A DNA stretch of 64,000 nucleotides from an uncultured virus (IMG/VR IMGVR_UViG_3300043427_003288). Lineage: Duplodnaviria; Heunggongvirae; Uroviricota; Caudoviricetes. Under the pieces are notes generated by a model. That model ran no database searches. It was not told the origin of the DNA and was given only the letters and a program-made list of their open reading frames with translations. The translations under genes were made by a program, and so were the position numbers. The stretch's first letter is position 1; each line of letters opens with the position of its first letter. This document shows positions 1-9,643 of the stretch, one piece after another. Location of the stretch: IMG/VR virus record IMGVR_UViG_3300043427_003288; one strand, 5' to 3'.

Positions 1-37
1 TTATGTTTTTAACGATTCTGGCAGCATAACATTTTAA
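1..37 (+). CDS. 3' end of a gene truncated by the window edge (likely Gly-rich tail-fibre-type protein)
   Basis: Frame 2 reads YVFNDSGSITF then TAA at 35-37, a typical ending of phage glycine-rich domain proteins. Confidence 0.5.
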   Translation, partial: YVFNDSGSITF

Positions 38-41
38 AATT

Positions 42-278
42 ATGGCTTATTTCGCAGAAATAGATCAAAATAATGTAGTTAAGCGAGTTATCTCGGTTAG
101 CGACAATGAGTGTAAAGATCAATATGGCAACGAAAACGAACAAATCGGATCTTTATTCTGTCATAATTTACTTGGCGGGACATGGATTCAAACCTCGTAC
201 AATTCTAGAATACGGGGAAAATTTGCCGGTATTGGAGACCGATACGATCCAAACACAGACGCTTTTATAGGCGATTAA
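42..278 (+). CDS. small hypothetical phage protein, tail-fibre associated
   Basis: 78-aa ORF, MAYFAEID..W.QTSYN..FAGIG..YD...DAFI pattern, tightly packed in the fibre cluster. Confidence 0.7.
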   Translation: MAYFAEIDQNNVVKRVISVSDNECKDQYGNENEQIGSLFCHNLLGGTWIQTSYNSRIRGKFAGIGDRYDPNTDAFIGD

Positions 279-301
279 AATTTAATTTAAAATAGTTTTA
301 T

Positions 302-1483
302 ATGAACTTAACTTCACTAATTCCAGTTGGCTTGACTGGCGGACAAGGTGCCGCAGGCACCAGTGGAACTAGTGGAGCTTCCACGGGGACACACGGAACA
401 AGCGGAACAACTGGTACTAGCGGCACTACTGGAACATCAGGCACAAGCGGACAAGTTGGAGGGGTGAGATATAATTTTTCTACAGCAGTAAATGACGTTG
501 ATCCTGGTGCTGGAATTTTCCGCTATAACAGCGGAGCAATTGCAAGCGTGGTTTACATATATATTGATAACGTTGATCAATTAGGAAATACGCAAACAGG
601 TTGGTACGATACTTGGGATGATTCAACAACAACGGCGACAAGAGGCACTGTAACAGTATATAGTAGAGATTCAGGATCTGTTGTAAATGTTTTTCAAGTG
701 ACCGGAGCGGTTATCGCGGGCGTAGGATATTATAAAATTCCAGTAAGCTATGTTAGTGGAACTTTGCCCAGTGATGGAGCATTGTTAGCTATTCAATTTA
801 GCCGCACAGGAAATTCAGGCACAAGCGGTACGGCAGGAACAACTGGCACAAGTGGCACCAGTGGTTCTTCTACAGGAACACATGGCACTAGTGGCACCAG
901 TGGTGTTAATGGCACAAGCGGTACTAACGGCGCGACTGGTGCTGCTGGCACTAGCGGAACAACTGGCACTAGCGGCACAAGCGGAGCAAGCGGCGCGGCT
1001 GGTACAAGTGGAACAAGTGGAGCGGGAACTATCTCAGGAACAACTAATACAGTTGCAAAATTTAGTTCAACAACAGCAGTTGGGAATTCTTCAATAACCG
1101 ATACAGGCAGCTTAGTTACAATTGGCGTTAATACAACAGTTAATGGACACTTAGCAGCGCAAACAAAGGCATTCTTAATTGACCACCCCACTAAAGAGGG
1201 AATGAAGTTGCAATACGCCTGCTTGGAAGGTCCAGAAAATGGCGTGTACGTGCGCGGGCGCGCGCGCGGGCGCGAGATCAGATTACCCGATTATTGGGTC
1301 GCGCTAGTTGATTGGAACTCTATTTCAGTTCAGCTAACTCCTATTGGATCATTCAAGGAGCTTTATGTTGAGGCTATAGATAGTGGCAGCGTTTATGTTA
1401 ACAGTAATGGGGGTAATCTGGATTACTTCTATATTGTTTACGGCGAGCGCAAAGACGTAGAGAAATTAACTGTGGAGTTTTAA
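302..1483 (+). CDS. collagen-like (Gly-Thr-Ser) tail fibre protein with C-terminal chaperone-like domain
   Basis: Two G-X-Y tracts of GTS/GTT; C-terminal KAFLIDHP..LQYACLEGPE.GVYVRG domain typical of phage fibre ends. Confidence 0.7.
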   Translation: MNLTSLIPVGLTGGQGAAGTSGTSGASTGTHGTSGTTGTSGTTGTSGTSGQVGGVRYNFSTAVNDVDPGAGIFRYNSGAIASVVYIYIDNVDQLGNTQTGWYDTWDDSTTTATRGTVTVYSRDSGSVVNVFQVTGAVIAGVGYYKIPVSYVSGTLPSDGALLAIQFSRTGNSGTSGTAGTTGTSGTSGSSTGTHGTSGTSGVNGTSGTNGATGAAGTSGTTGTSGTSGASGAAGTSGTSGAGTISGTTNTVAKFSSTTAVGNSSITDTGSLVTIGVNTTVNGHLAAQTKAFLIDHPTKEGMKLQYACLEGPENGVYVRGRARGREIRLPDYWVALVDWNSISVQLTPIGSFKELYVEAIDSGSVYVNSNGGNLDYFYIVYGERKDVEKLTVEF

Positions 1484-1484
1484 T

Positions 1485-2168
1485 ATGCCGAATAATTACG
1501 GGCCAAGAATAGTTACTGATAATCTTGTTTTGTGCTTAGATGCGGCAAATCCAAAAAGCTATCCTGGTTCTGGAACGGTTTGGACAGATTTGAGAAGAAA
1601 CGGAAATGACGCCGTTCTTTATAACGGCCCAACTTATTCAACGGAAAATAAAGGGGTTATAACTACTGATGGCACAGACGATAATATATACATATTAAAC
1701 AATTCGACTATATCGAGTTTCACATCAGATATTACTATTAATTTTTTAGTAAAAATAATTGGCACTACAGATTATATGTCTCTTTTTGGAAAACAAACAG
1801 ACGATAATTGGAATGATGGATTTGGCGCTTTTTTTGAGAATGGTCTTTTTTATTTTTTTGTTAATGATTGGATAGGCTATTTTGTTGGAACTGCTGGCGC
1901 AAATGTAAGTGGATCTTTTATGAATTTAACTTTCGTAAAATCTGGAACCTTTTTGTATATTTATAAAAATGGCGCAGTTTTAGCCAGTCAAAATGCATCT
2001 CCTGGTAACATAACTAACACATCATCTAGTTTAACTTTTGGCAATACCCCATCTAATAATTATCCAATGAGCGCTTCGTTCAGTCATATTAGCTTATACA
2101 ATGTTGCTCTTTCACCAACCCAAATACTTCAAAACTATAACGCCTTAAAAGGAAGATATAAACTATGA
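1485..2168 (+). CDS. LamG/concanavalin A-like lectin-domain virion protein
   Basis: GP.IVTD.LVLCLDAANPKSYPGSG N-terminus and YN.ALS..QI.QNYNA.KGRY C-terminus. Confidence 0.75.
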   Translation: MPNNYGPRIVTDNLVLCLDAANPKSYPGSGTVWTDLRRNGNDAVLYNGPTYSTENKGVITTDGTDDNIYILNNSTISSFTSDITINFLVKIIGTTDYMSLFGKQTDDNWNDGFGAFFENGLFYFFVNDWIGYFVGTAGANVSGSFMNLTFVKSGTFLYIYKNGAVLASQNASPGNITNTSSSLTFGNTPSNNYPMSASFSHISLYNVALSPTQILQNYNALKGRYKL

Positions 2169-2425
2169 GTAATCATTTCGAAAACCGAGAATACTTAATC
2201 CTGCCAGTTTCTGAATTAACTAAGGTTGATTTTGACCTTGTTATGGAAACTAGCGCCGAAACTGTTAGAAAATCAATTGACGAGACAAAAACATTTGTGA
2301 AATGGGAGGGCGCGGAACCCGCTTTTGTCGCCACAATTTCTGGCGCAGAAGGGCCATATACTTACGAAGAGATTTTGGATATATTGACTGGGGTAGAGTG
2401 GACAAATACTGGAATGCGCGCTTAA
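2165..2425 (+). CDS. hypothetical protein
   Basis: 86-aa ORF overlapping the previous stop (ATGA), embedded among LamG genes. Confidence 0.7.
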   Translation: MSNHFENREYLILPVSELTKVDFDLVMETSAETVRKSIDETKTFVKWEGAEPAFVATISGAEGPYTYEEILDILTGVEWTNTGMRA

Positions 2426-2426
2426 T

Positions 2427-3122
2427 ATGGCTTATCAAAACGGTCCAAAGATTGTTACTGATGGATTGGTTTTGTGCTTAGATGCTGGAAACCCAAAAAG
2501 TTATCCAGGTTCTGGGACAGCTTGGACTGATTTGAGCAGAAATAATAACAATGGAACATTGACAAATGGCCCAACTTTCAATAGCGCTAATCTTGGAACT
2601 ATTGTCTTTGATGGCAGTAATGATTATGTGACCCTAGCTAGACCAAGTGCAATAGTCACAGGAGGTTCTATTAGTATTGTTATCTGGGCTAAATGGATAT
2701 CAACAGGGACTACAACTTCAACAATTCAATGCTTATTGGACAACAACCATAGCGGTAATCCCATGCGAGGTTTTTATATACAAGATCGCCCAGATCTTTC
2801 TAAATTTTTAACATTTGGCGTTAGACCTCAAGCGAATTCAGCAATTTCAACGTTTCAAGTTGGAGATGGAAAATGGCGCCATATAGTTGGGACAAACGAC
2901 GGAACTACGAGTAGATTATATATCGATGGCAGATTAGATGGATCTTTCACAGAATCTGGCGGGCTATCTACTGTACAGACAAATATAAATATTGGTCGCT
3001 CAGAAGGATTTGGTAGATATTTAAATGGTAATATTAGTCAGGTTCTTTTGTATAACAGGGCATTAACCGCAACAGAAGTAAATCAAAGTTATACTGCAAC
3101 AAAAGGGAGATTTAAACTATGA
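2427..3122 (+). CDS. LamG/concanavalin A-like lectin-domain virion protein
   Basis: Paralogue of 1485-2168; FDGSNDY, W.HIVGT.DG...RLYIDG, YNRAL motifs. Confidence 0.8.
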   Translation: MAYQNGPKIVTDGLVLCLDAGNPKSYPGSGTAWTDLSRNNNNGTLTNGPTFNSANLGTIVFDGSNDYVTLARPSAIVTGGSISIVIWAKWISTGTTTSTIQCLLDNNHSGNPMRGFYIQDRPDLSKFLTFGVRPQANSAISTFQVGDGKWRHIVGTNDGTTSRLYIDGRLDGSFTESGGLSTVQTNINIGRSEGFGRYLNGNISQVLLYNRALTATEVNQSYTATKGRFKL

Positions 3123-3817
3123 GTGTTGCCGGGGGTCCAGATTTAATCCAAGATGGTTTAGTTTTGTGCTTAGATGCGGCGAACACTAAAAGTTATCCGG
3201 GCAGTGGAACTTCGTGGGTTGATTTGAGCGGAAATGGGAACAATGGGACTTTAACCAATGGGCCAACGTTTAATAGCGCTAATGGGGGGAGTATTGATTT
3301 TGATGGGTCTAATGATTTTATTCAGGGAACAATTCCATCTTCAGTATTTAGTGGCGCGCATACTATTTCTTGTTGGTTTTATAGAAGAAGTTTATCTGGT
3401 TGGTCTGGATTGTTTTCTAATAACGTAGGAACAAATTCTTGCACAATTTTAACTTTTATAGAAAATACAAATACAGTTGGAACAAATCGCGCTGGCTTAA
3501 GCGCAACGTCCATTGCAGTTAATTTAGGGGCAGACCATTTTAATAAATGGATTTATTGTACGATAGTATATTCAAATATAACAAATGGAAGCGCGGTTAA
3601 TGTATATGCGTATAAAGATAAAAATTTATTGACCGCAACTGGTAATTTGTATTGGACTTTGTCTTCTTCAAATTCCTATTATGTTGGAAGACATTGGCAA
3701 GGTGACACTCAAGTTCATAATGGTTTAATATCATCAACTAGTGTATATAACCGTGCATTATCTGCCGCCGAAATCCACCAAAACTACAACGCAACAAAAG
3801 GCCGTTTTCGCTTATAA
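3119..3817 (+). CDS. LamG/concanavalin A-like lectin-domain virion protein
   Basis: Third paralogue with conserved termini and a divergent middle. Confidence 0.8.
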   Translation: MSVAGGPDLIQDGLVLCLDAANTKSYPGSGTSWVDLSGNGNNGTLTNGPTFNSANGGSIDFDGSNDFIQGTIPSSVFSGAHTISCWFYRRSLSGWSGLFSNNVGTNSCTILTFIENTNTVGTNRAGLSATSIAVNLGADHFNKWIYCTIVYSNITNGSAVNVYAYKDKNLLTATGNLYWTLSSSNSYYVGRHWQGDTQVHNGLISSTSVYNRALSAAEIHQNYNATKGRFRL

Positions 3818-3818
3818 A

Positions 3819-3825
3819 GTGTAAA
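3819..3825 (+). promoter_or_regulatory. GTGTAAA motif, putative phage late promoter
   Basis: Intergenic, begins 15 nt before ATG 3834; the motif recurs before several other genes. Confidence 0.55.
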
Positions 3826-3833
3826 ATATAACA

Positions 3834-5291
3834 ATGCCCAACATATTAATACATCCAAATTCTGGCATATTGGAGTTCAATACAGGAACCACCGGGTCTT
3901 CTTCGCTGGATGCGTCAATGAGCGGTGCAGCTAGGTTGACCTTTACAAATAGCGGAACCTTAGGTCTTACTAGTTACTCAACAGGCGTTGTTGACAAGTT
4001 TTTCGTTGAAGGCGTTAACGGCAGATTGTTTGAAGTAGACGACGTTATGACAGGCTCGTTAATGAGCGTCAACGACATTGCTGGCTTGCCAATATTTGAG
4101 GTATTTAGCGACGACAGAGTAGTGATGGGACAGTACAATCAAAGTACTCTTGTTGTATCTGGTCAATTTGTTAATATTAGCGGAAGAGCTAGCGTAGCAG
4201 CTTCTTCAACAGGAAGAGCTAATTTTAATTTGGCTCATGGCGTAGAGCCGACATCTCCAGCAAATGGAGACCTTTGGACAACAAATTCTGGTCTTTATGT
4301 TGAAATAAGTGGTTCAGCTATTGGACCATTAACAAGAAGTACTCAAATTGATACTTACACCACAACTGGAACGGTCCTTACTTGGAGCAAACCTGCGGGA
4401 GCTAAAGCTGTAACAATTATTGCAAACGGTGGTGGTGGCCAAGGTGGCGGTGGATGTTTAGCCACCTTGGCTGCAACTAATCCTAATGGCGGTGGTGGTG
4501 GTGGTGGTGGGGCAATGAATATTAAAACGTTCATTGCCGATAATCTCCCTTCATCACTATATGTTGTTGTTGGAGCGGGTGGTAGAACAGGTGGGCAGGG
4601 TGCGTCTGGGACTGTTCCTGCCATTGGAACGGCGGGACAAGCTGGCGGCAACTCTACAGTAGCAACGAACAACACTAATCCTCCTACGGCTGGTGTGCTT
4701 ATTTTTGCTGGTGGAGGTGGTGGAGGAAAGGGCGGTCAAGACGCTACAACCAGCATTGGGGGCGGCGGCGGCGGAACTGGCAGCGCGGGCACAACCGCAA
4801 CCGGAACTGCAACTGTTGCGGGTGGTGGTGGCATTGGCGGCGCAGGCGCACAGGGGACAGGAAACAACGTCGCTTTCTCCTCGGAATGGGGCGGCGGCGG
4901 CGGTATCGGTTGCGGAGCTACTAATAGTAATAATTTTAATGGTGGTGGTTCTATCCACGGCGGTGGTGGTGGAGGATATGGCGGCGGTGGAAACGCTCGC
5001 CAAGGATCGAGCGGAGGTGGGAGCGGGGTTTGGGGAACTGGTGGTGGTGGAGCCGGTGGTACAAACGCAAACGGAGGCCCAGGAGCTGACGCCAGCACGC
5101 TGTATTCTTCTGGGGCTGGTGGTGGTGGAGCCGGTAGACAAGGTGCTGCTGGCAACGGCTACGTCGGTGGCGCTGGCGGCTTTCCGAGCGGTGGCGGTGG
5201 CGGTGGTGGACATGGACGGGACACCGGATTTGCTGGTGGCGCAGGCGGAAACGGTGGGGATGGTCGCGTAATTATTATTACTTATTTCTAA
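3834..5291 (+). CDS. glycine-rich tail fibre protein
   Basis: W.KPAGAKAV.I...GGGG.GGGG start of a Gly-rich domain, ending GGNGGDGRVIIITYF. Confidence 0.75.
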   Translation: MPNILIHPNSGILEFNTGTTGSSSLDASMSGAARLTFTNSGTLGLTSYSTGVVDKFFVEGVNGRLFEVDDVMTGSLMSVNDIAGLPIFEVFSDDRVVMGQYNQSTLVVSGQFVNISGRASVAASSTGRANFNLAHGVEPTSPANGDLWTTNSGLYVEISGSAIGPLTRSTQIDTYTTTGTVLTWSKPAGAKAVTIIANGGGGQGGGGCLATLAATNPNGGGGGGGGAMNIKTFIADNLPSSLYVVVGAGGRTGGQGASGTVPAIGTAGQAGGNSTVATNNTNPPTAGVLIFAGGGGGGKGGQDATTSIGGGGGGTGSAGTTATGTATVAGGGGIGGAGAQGTGNNVAFSSEWGGGGGIGCGATNSNNFNGGGSIHGGGGGGYGGGGNARQGSSGGGSGVWGTGGGGAGGTNANGGPGADASTLYSSGAGGGGAGRQGAAGNGYVGGAGGFPSGGGGGGGHGRDTGFAGGAGGNGGDGRVIIITYF

Positions 5292-5294
5292 GCC

Positions 5295-5648
5295 ATGCAC
5301 TTTGTAAACCTCACGACAAATCAATTTTCATTTGGCAATTCGCTTCCTCCTGGTGCGGCTTGGGAATTAGTGCCGGTAGAGCAATTTAATGATCTTCGCT
5401 CTTCGGGCTGGAATCCAACAGAATATATTTCTCCTTATCGTGTGTCAAAAGACACTATAACTTATCGGGTAATGGAGGCAGGGAAACTTCCTGATTTGAT
5501 CGCTCTTATTGGACAGCTTCCTGCGGAGCAGCAGTTTTTATGGACAAATTTTGCTTGGTTTTGGAGCGATAACCAAACAATAATAGGAATGTGTCAGCAA
5601 CTTGGATTAGATCCAGCAGTCATTTTGGCACAAGACCCATATATATAA
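5295..5648 (+). CDS. hypothetical protein (possible fibre assembly protein)
   Basis: 117-aa ORF directly after the fibre gene. Confidence 0.6.
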   Translation: MHFVNLTTNQFSFGNSLPPGAAWELVPVEQFNDLRSSGWNPTEYISPYRVSKDTITYRVMEAGKLPDLIALIGQLPAEQQFLWTNFAWFWSDNQTIIGMCQQLGLDPAVILAQDPYI

Positions 5649-5650
5649 CT

Positions 5651-6034
5651 ATGATTCTTTCAGATTTACTTCCAACTGGAGTTGCAGGTCCGGCAGGAAC
5701 TTCTGGCACCAGCGGATCTTCATACTATTTTATTACTGGTTATACAGGAACCAATTTAACTCTTTCCGCTGACCTTGCTGGAGATTATATTAGAACAACT
5801 TCTGCAACAGCAGTGACAATTAATATTCCAACGCAGGCATCTGTATCTTGGCCTGATAATACGGAAATTCTCATTGAGCAAGCTGGCGCAGGACAAATAA
5901 CATTTTCTCCAGCAGTTGGTGTTGTAGTTAACACAAGTGAGACGCTCAAAACTCAAAAACAATACTCTGTAGTAGCTATAAAGCGTGTGTCGTCAGACGT
6001 TTGGACATTCTTTGGAGAAAGAGAATTAGTCTAA
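5651..6034 (+). CDS. short tail-fibre-related protein
   Basis: ATG 5651 preferred over 5591 (no overlap; N-terminus MILSDLLPTGVAGPAGTSGTS resembles that of 302-1483); C-terminal IEQ.GAGQITF..YS....KR...D.W..FG domain. Confidence 0.65.
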   Translation: MILSDLLPTGVAGPAGTSGTSGSSYYFITGYTGTNLTLSADLAGDYIRTTSATAVTINIPTQASVSWPDNTEILIEQAGAGQITFSPAVGVVVNTSETLKTQKQYSVVAIKRVSSDVWTFFGERELV

Positions 6035-6048
6035 TATAATAAATAGAG

Positions 6049-6558
6049 ATGAGAACTTTTCTTTATAATACGAATACGGGCAAAAGAGAAGGCGAGATTA
6101 GAGAAGGTCGCTATCTTGTTGATGGACAGCCCGGTGTGCTTCCAGATTATTTAATTGAGCTTGAAATTGAAAAACGTTCTGACCCGCCTTATGATTCAGC
6201 TACTCAGACGATTGAATATAGAGCTTATGCCGACTTACCTAATTTTAAATGGATAGAAGAAAGTTATGTTAGAAATTTGACTCCAACGGAAATAGCCCAA
6301 AGACAGCCGAAACTGCCAGATACCTGTACTCCAAGACAATTAAGAATAGCGTTGATTCAAAATGGCATATCGCCATCTTTAATAGATTCACAAATAAATG
6401 CAATCACTGATTCAGTAGAAAGAGAAATTGCATATGCGGAGTGGGAATATGCTCTTGAAATTAAAAAAGACCATCCTCTTGTAGAAATGATGGCGATAAA
6501 TTTAAATTTAACTAAGCAGCAGGTTGATAATATTTTTATATTAGCGGTAACTTTGTAA
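6049..6558 (+). CDS. hypothetical protein, tail-fibre assembly-like
   Basis: P.YD..TQ and TPRQLRIAL..EWEYA.....HPLV......L.LT..QVD..F..A patterns. Confidence 0.6.
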   Translation: MRTFLYNTNTGKREGEIREGRYLVDGQPGVLPDYLIELEIEKRSDPPYDSATQTIEYRAYADLPNFKWIEESYVRNLTPTEIAQRQPKLPDTCTPRQLRIALIQNGISPSLIDSQINAITDSVEREIAYAEWEYALEIKKDHPLVEMMAINLNLTKQQVDNIFILAVTL

Positions 6559-6562
6559 ATTT

Positions 6563-8860
6563 ATGAGTTTTACGCTTGCAGCAGGATTAAGGGCAAATAA
6601 GCCGCAAAGAAATGTTGGCGTGATTAGCGCAGGATATTATCATGGCGCAGCTATACAAAGAAACGGTAGGGTATGGACATGGGGAGTTTCTGGGGCTGGA
6701 CTTGGAATTGGTACTAATACAACAAATATTCCAGAAATTCTTGCGCCCGTGCGGATTATTGGAAGTACAGCAACATTTTGTAAAATTGCTTCAGGGGGAG
6801 CTAATATTATCGCATTAGATAAAAATGGAAGAGCTTGGACATGGGGAAGTAATTTATACGGACAACTTGGAGATAATACGAATATTGATAAATGTAGTCC
6901 AGTGTCAGTAATTGGGACAGCTAAAACATTTTGTGAAATTTCGGCTGGCAGTGGATATTTTCTCGCTATTGATAAAAACGGAAGAGCTTGGGCCTGGGGG
7001 GTAAATATCAGCGGACAACTAGGAGACAATACAATTGTTTGTAAATTAACGCCAATTAGTGTCCTTGGTGCTGTAAAAACGTTTTGTAAGATATCTGCTG
7101 GACCGAACGGAGACTATTCCACGGCCATAGATAAAAATGGATTGATTTGGGGATGGGGAAATAATTATTTTGGACAACTTGGAAACAATGCCGGATTTAA
7201 TTCAGTATGTACTCCTGTCTCTGTAGCTGGCGCACTAAAAACATTCTGTCAAATAGCGGCAGGAGCATACCACACTGCCGCGATTGACAAAAATGGCAAA
7301 GCGTGGGGCTGGGGGGCTGGAGGATATGGTCAAAACGGGAATAATACAAATGCAATAGTTTATACTCCAGTAAGTGTTGTCGGCGCATCAAAAACATTTT
7401 GTAAAATATCGGTGGGATTTTCACATACTCTTGCATTAGATAAAAATGGAAGAGCTTGGGCGTGGGGAAGAAATGTAACAGGCGAGTTGGGAGATGGTTC
7501 TTTAATATCGCGGTTTACTCCAGTAAGTGTTGCAGGCGTAATAAAAACATTTTGTGAAATAAGCGCCGGTATTATTAGTAATTTTATTGGACGCTCGCTG
7601 GCAATAGATAAAAATGGACGGGCTTGGGGTTGGGGATATAATTATAGGGGGATATTAGGGATCAACAGCGTTCAAAGATTTACGACACCAGCTAGTATCT
7701 GCGGAGCTAAAAAAACTTTTTGTCAAATAGCTCTTGGAGCTTTTCCCATTAATCCAGATGGAGGAGGATGGGGACTAGCTATAGATAAAAATGGATTGGT
7801 TTGGGGATGGGGTTTAAACCAAAGTGGTCAACTTGGACAAAATATTCCTCCAGATTTTTGCCGTAGTGCCAGAGATGGAGTTGTAACTCCTATCAGTATA
7901 GTTGGCGCATTAAAAACATTTTGTAAAATATCAGTAGGAAACAATTACTCAATGGCGTTGGACAAAAATGGCATGGCATGGGGCTGGGGAACGAATAGTA
8001 TCGGTCAGATTGGAGATAACACTTCAGTAAGTAAGCTTACGCCAGTATCTGTTGCGGGGGCAGTCAAAACATTTTGCAAAATTAGCGCAAGTGTAGAAGC
8101 TGGTCGCTCTGGAAGAATAAATGCAGCGCATACTTTAGCAATAGATAAAAATGGTCGAGCGTGGGCTTGGGGGGCTAATGTTTGGGGAAGACTGGGAGAT
8201 GGCACATTAACCAATAGATTAACTCCAGTCAGTGTTAGTGGTGCGGTTAAAACATTTTGCGAAATTGGTGCGGGAGGTGCCTTTAGCGTTTCTATTGATA
8301 AATATGGTCGCGCATGGGGATGGGGATATAATTATTACGGACAAATAGGAGATAATTCTAATGCATCTGCAATAACACCAGTGTCTGTAGCTGGTGCAGT
8401 TAAGACTTTCTGTAAAATATTTGCTGGAGCGTCGCACTGCCATGCTATTGATAAAAATGGTCAAGCTTGGAGTTGGGGATATAATAATTTTGGAGAGCTT
8501 GGAGACAATAGTACAGTTAGTAAACTTACTCCAGTGTCCGTTGCTGGCGCTATTAAAACATTCTGTGAAATATCTAGTTCAAGACAGCATTCTGTTGCGA
8601 TCGACAAAAATGGTAAAGTTTGGTCGTGGGGTAGAAATGCTGTTGGTGCGCTTGGAGATGGAACATTTGTTGATAAATTGACTCCAGTAAGCCTTGCTGG
8701 AACAAATAAAACTTTTTGTAAAATAGAGGCTGATTGGGGATTTTCCATGGGAATAGATAAATATGGTCAGGTATGGGGATGGGGAGCGGGCGAAAATCAT
8801 AGACTCGGTAATAATTTGAATTTTTGCGTGACAACTCCAGTAAGAATTTGCAATATTTGA
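6563..8860 (+). CDS. RCC1/BLIP-II-like repeat beta-propeller protein (14 repeats)
   Basis: 14 copies of an approximately 50-aa unit TFC.I.AG....AIDKNG.AWGWG.N..GQLGD.....TPVSV.G. Confidence 0.85.
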   Translation: MSFTLAAGLRANKPQRNVGVISAGYYHGAAIQRNGRVWTWGVSGAGLGIGTNTTNIPEILAPVRIIGSTATFCKIASGGANIIALDKNGRAWTWGSNLYGQLGDNTNIDKCSPVSVIGTAKTFCEISAGSGYFLAIDKNGRAWAWGVNISGQLGDNTIVCKLTPISVLGAVKTFCKISAGPNGDYSTAIDKNGLIWGWGNNYFGQLGNNAGFNSVCTPVSVAGALKTFCQIAAGAYHTAAIDKNGKAWGWGAGGYGQNGNNTNAIVYTPVSVVGASKTFCKISVGFSHTLALDKNGRAWAWGRNVTGELGDGSLISRFTPVSVAGVIKTFCEISAGIISNFIGRSLAIDKNGRAWGWGYNYRGILGINSVQRFTTPASICGAKKTFCQIALGAFPINPDGGGWGLAIDKNGLVWGWGLNQSGQLGQNIPPDFCRSARDGVVTPISIVGALKTFCKISVGNNYSMALDKNGMAWGWGTNSIGQIGDNTSVSKLTPVSVAGAVKTFCKISASVEAGRSGRINAAHTLAIDKNGRAWAWGANVWGRLGDGTLTNRLTPVSVSGAVKTFCEIGAGGAFSVSIDKYGRAWGWGYNYYGQIGDNSNASAITPVSVAGAVKTFCKIFAGASHCHAIDKNGQAWSWGYNNFGELGDNSTVSKLTPVSVAGAIKTFCEISSSRQHSVAIDKNGKVWSWGRNAVGALGDGTFVDKLTPVSLAGTNKTFCKIEADWGFSMGIDKYGQVWGWGAGENHRLGNNLNFCVTTPVRICNI

Positions 8861-8863
8861 GTA

Positions 8864-9643
8864 ATGTCTAAACCCATAATTGTCATAACTCATGAGCGCT
8901 CTGGCACTCATTTATTGATTAATTGCATCAACTATGCTAATAATGGACAGTTTTATACAATTGGTTACACGCCAAACGAAAACCTTTTTAATTTAAAGGG
9001 GCATTTTCATGTTACGCATAAAGATGTTATGTCTAATGCGTATGCTACAAACTTAGTCTGTAAGTCCCACCATCAGGTAGATTTTATGACGAGTTATATA
9101 GATTTTTTATTTGCTAAATATAAAGTTATATATGTTAAAAGAAATTTGCCTGATGTTCTAACAAGCTATTACAGATTTATTCCAAAACCGGAAGAAAAAG
9201 ATTTCCCAAACATAGAAGATTGGGTTTTTAGTAAACCGGATGACATTGGGCATAAATATTTACAGCCTTACTCTCCCGACCCTCATATTATAATTGAACC
9301 AGAAAACTATATTCACCGTTGGTATTTGCACACAAGTGGCTGGCTAAAATATGCCAGCAAAATGTTAGTGGTTAATTACGAAGATATGCTACTTGATTAC
9401 CAAAATCAAAAGCAAAGAATTGAAGATTATATTGGCGGGAAAATTGCCGACAAAATTCCAGACATAAACGATAAGTCGCTTCCAAATTTTGGCCCAGTTA
9501 AAGGAATCATTGGCGCGCATAAAGAACTTATGTCAGAAGAGCTTCAGAAAAAAATTGAAGATAAGCTTTCTATCTATACAATTAGAGAGAAGCATGAAAA
9601 AAGAGAACCTAGTTCTAACCATCTCAATTGGGGATTATTATAA
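8864..9643 (+). CDS. sulfotransferase family protein
   Basis: N-terminal PAPS loop THERSGTHLL; IYVKRN..DVLTSYY; V.YEDM. Confidence 0.75.
   Translation: MSKPIIVITHERSGTHLLINCINYANNGQFYTIGYTPNENLFNLKGHFHVTHKDVMSNAYATNLVCKSHHQVDFMTSYIDFLFAKYKVIYVKRNLPDVLTSYYRFIPKPEEKDFPNIEDWVFSKPDDIGHKYLQPYSPDPHIIIEPENYIHRWYLHTSGWLKYASKMLVVNYEDMLLDYQNQKQRIEDYIGGKIADKIPDINDKSLPNFGPVKGIIGAHKELMSEELQKKIEDKLSIYTIREKHEKREPSSNHLNWGLL

Noticed and set aside
793..1191. Antisense Val/Pro-rich ORF and similar shadow ORFs (4355-5324, 32044-33873 and others)
   Set aside because: Reverse-strand or alternate-frame by-products of repetitive Gly/Thr/Ser codons in real genes
6553..6559. TTGTAAA as another late promoter
   Set aside because: It overlaps a stop codon, spacing is only 10 nt, and TTGTAAA is common in TFCK codons
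6563..8860. Diversity-generating retroelement or CRISPR-like array in the regular ~150-nt repeats
   Set aside because: Repeats are in-frame protein units with synonymous variation; no reverse transcriptase or adenine-specific template/variable pair seen in the window
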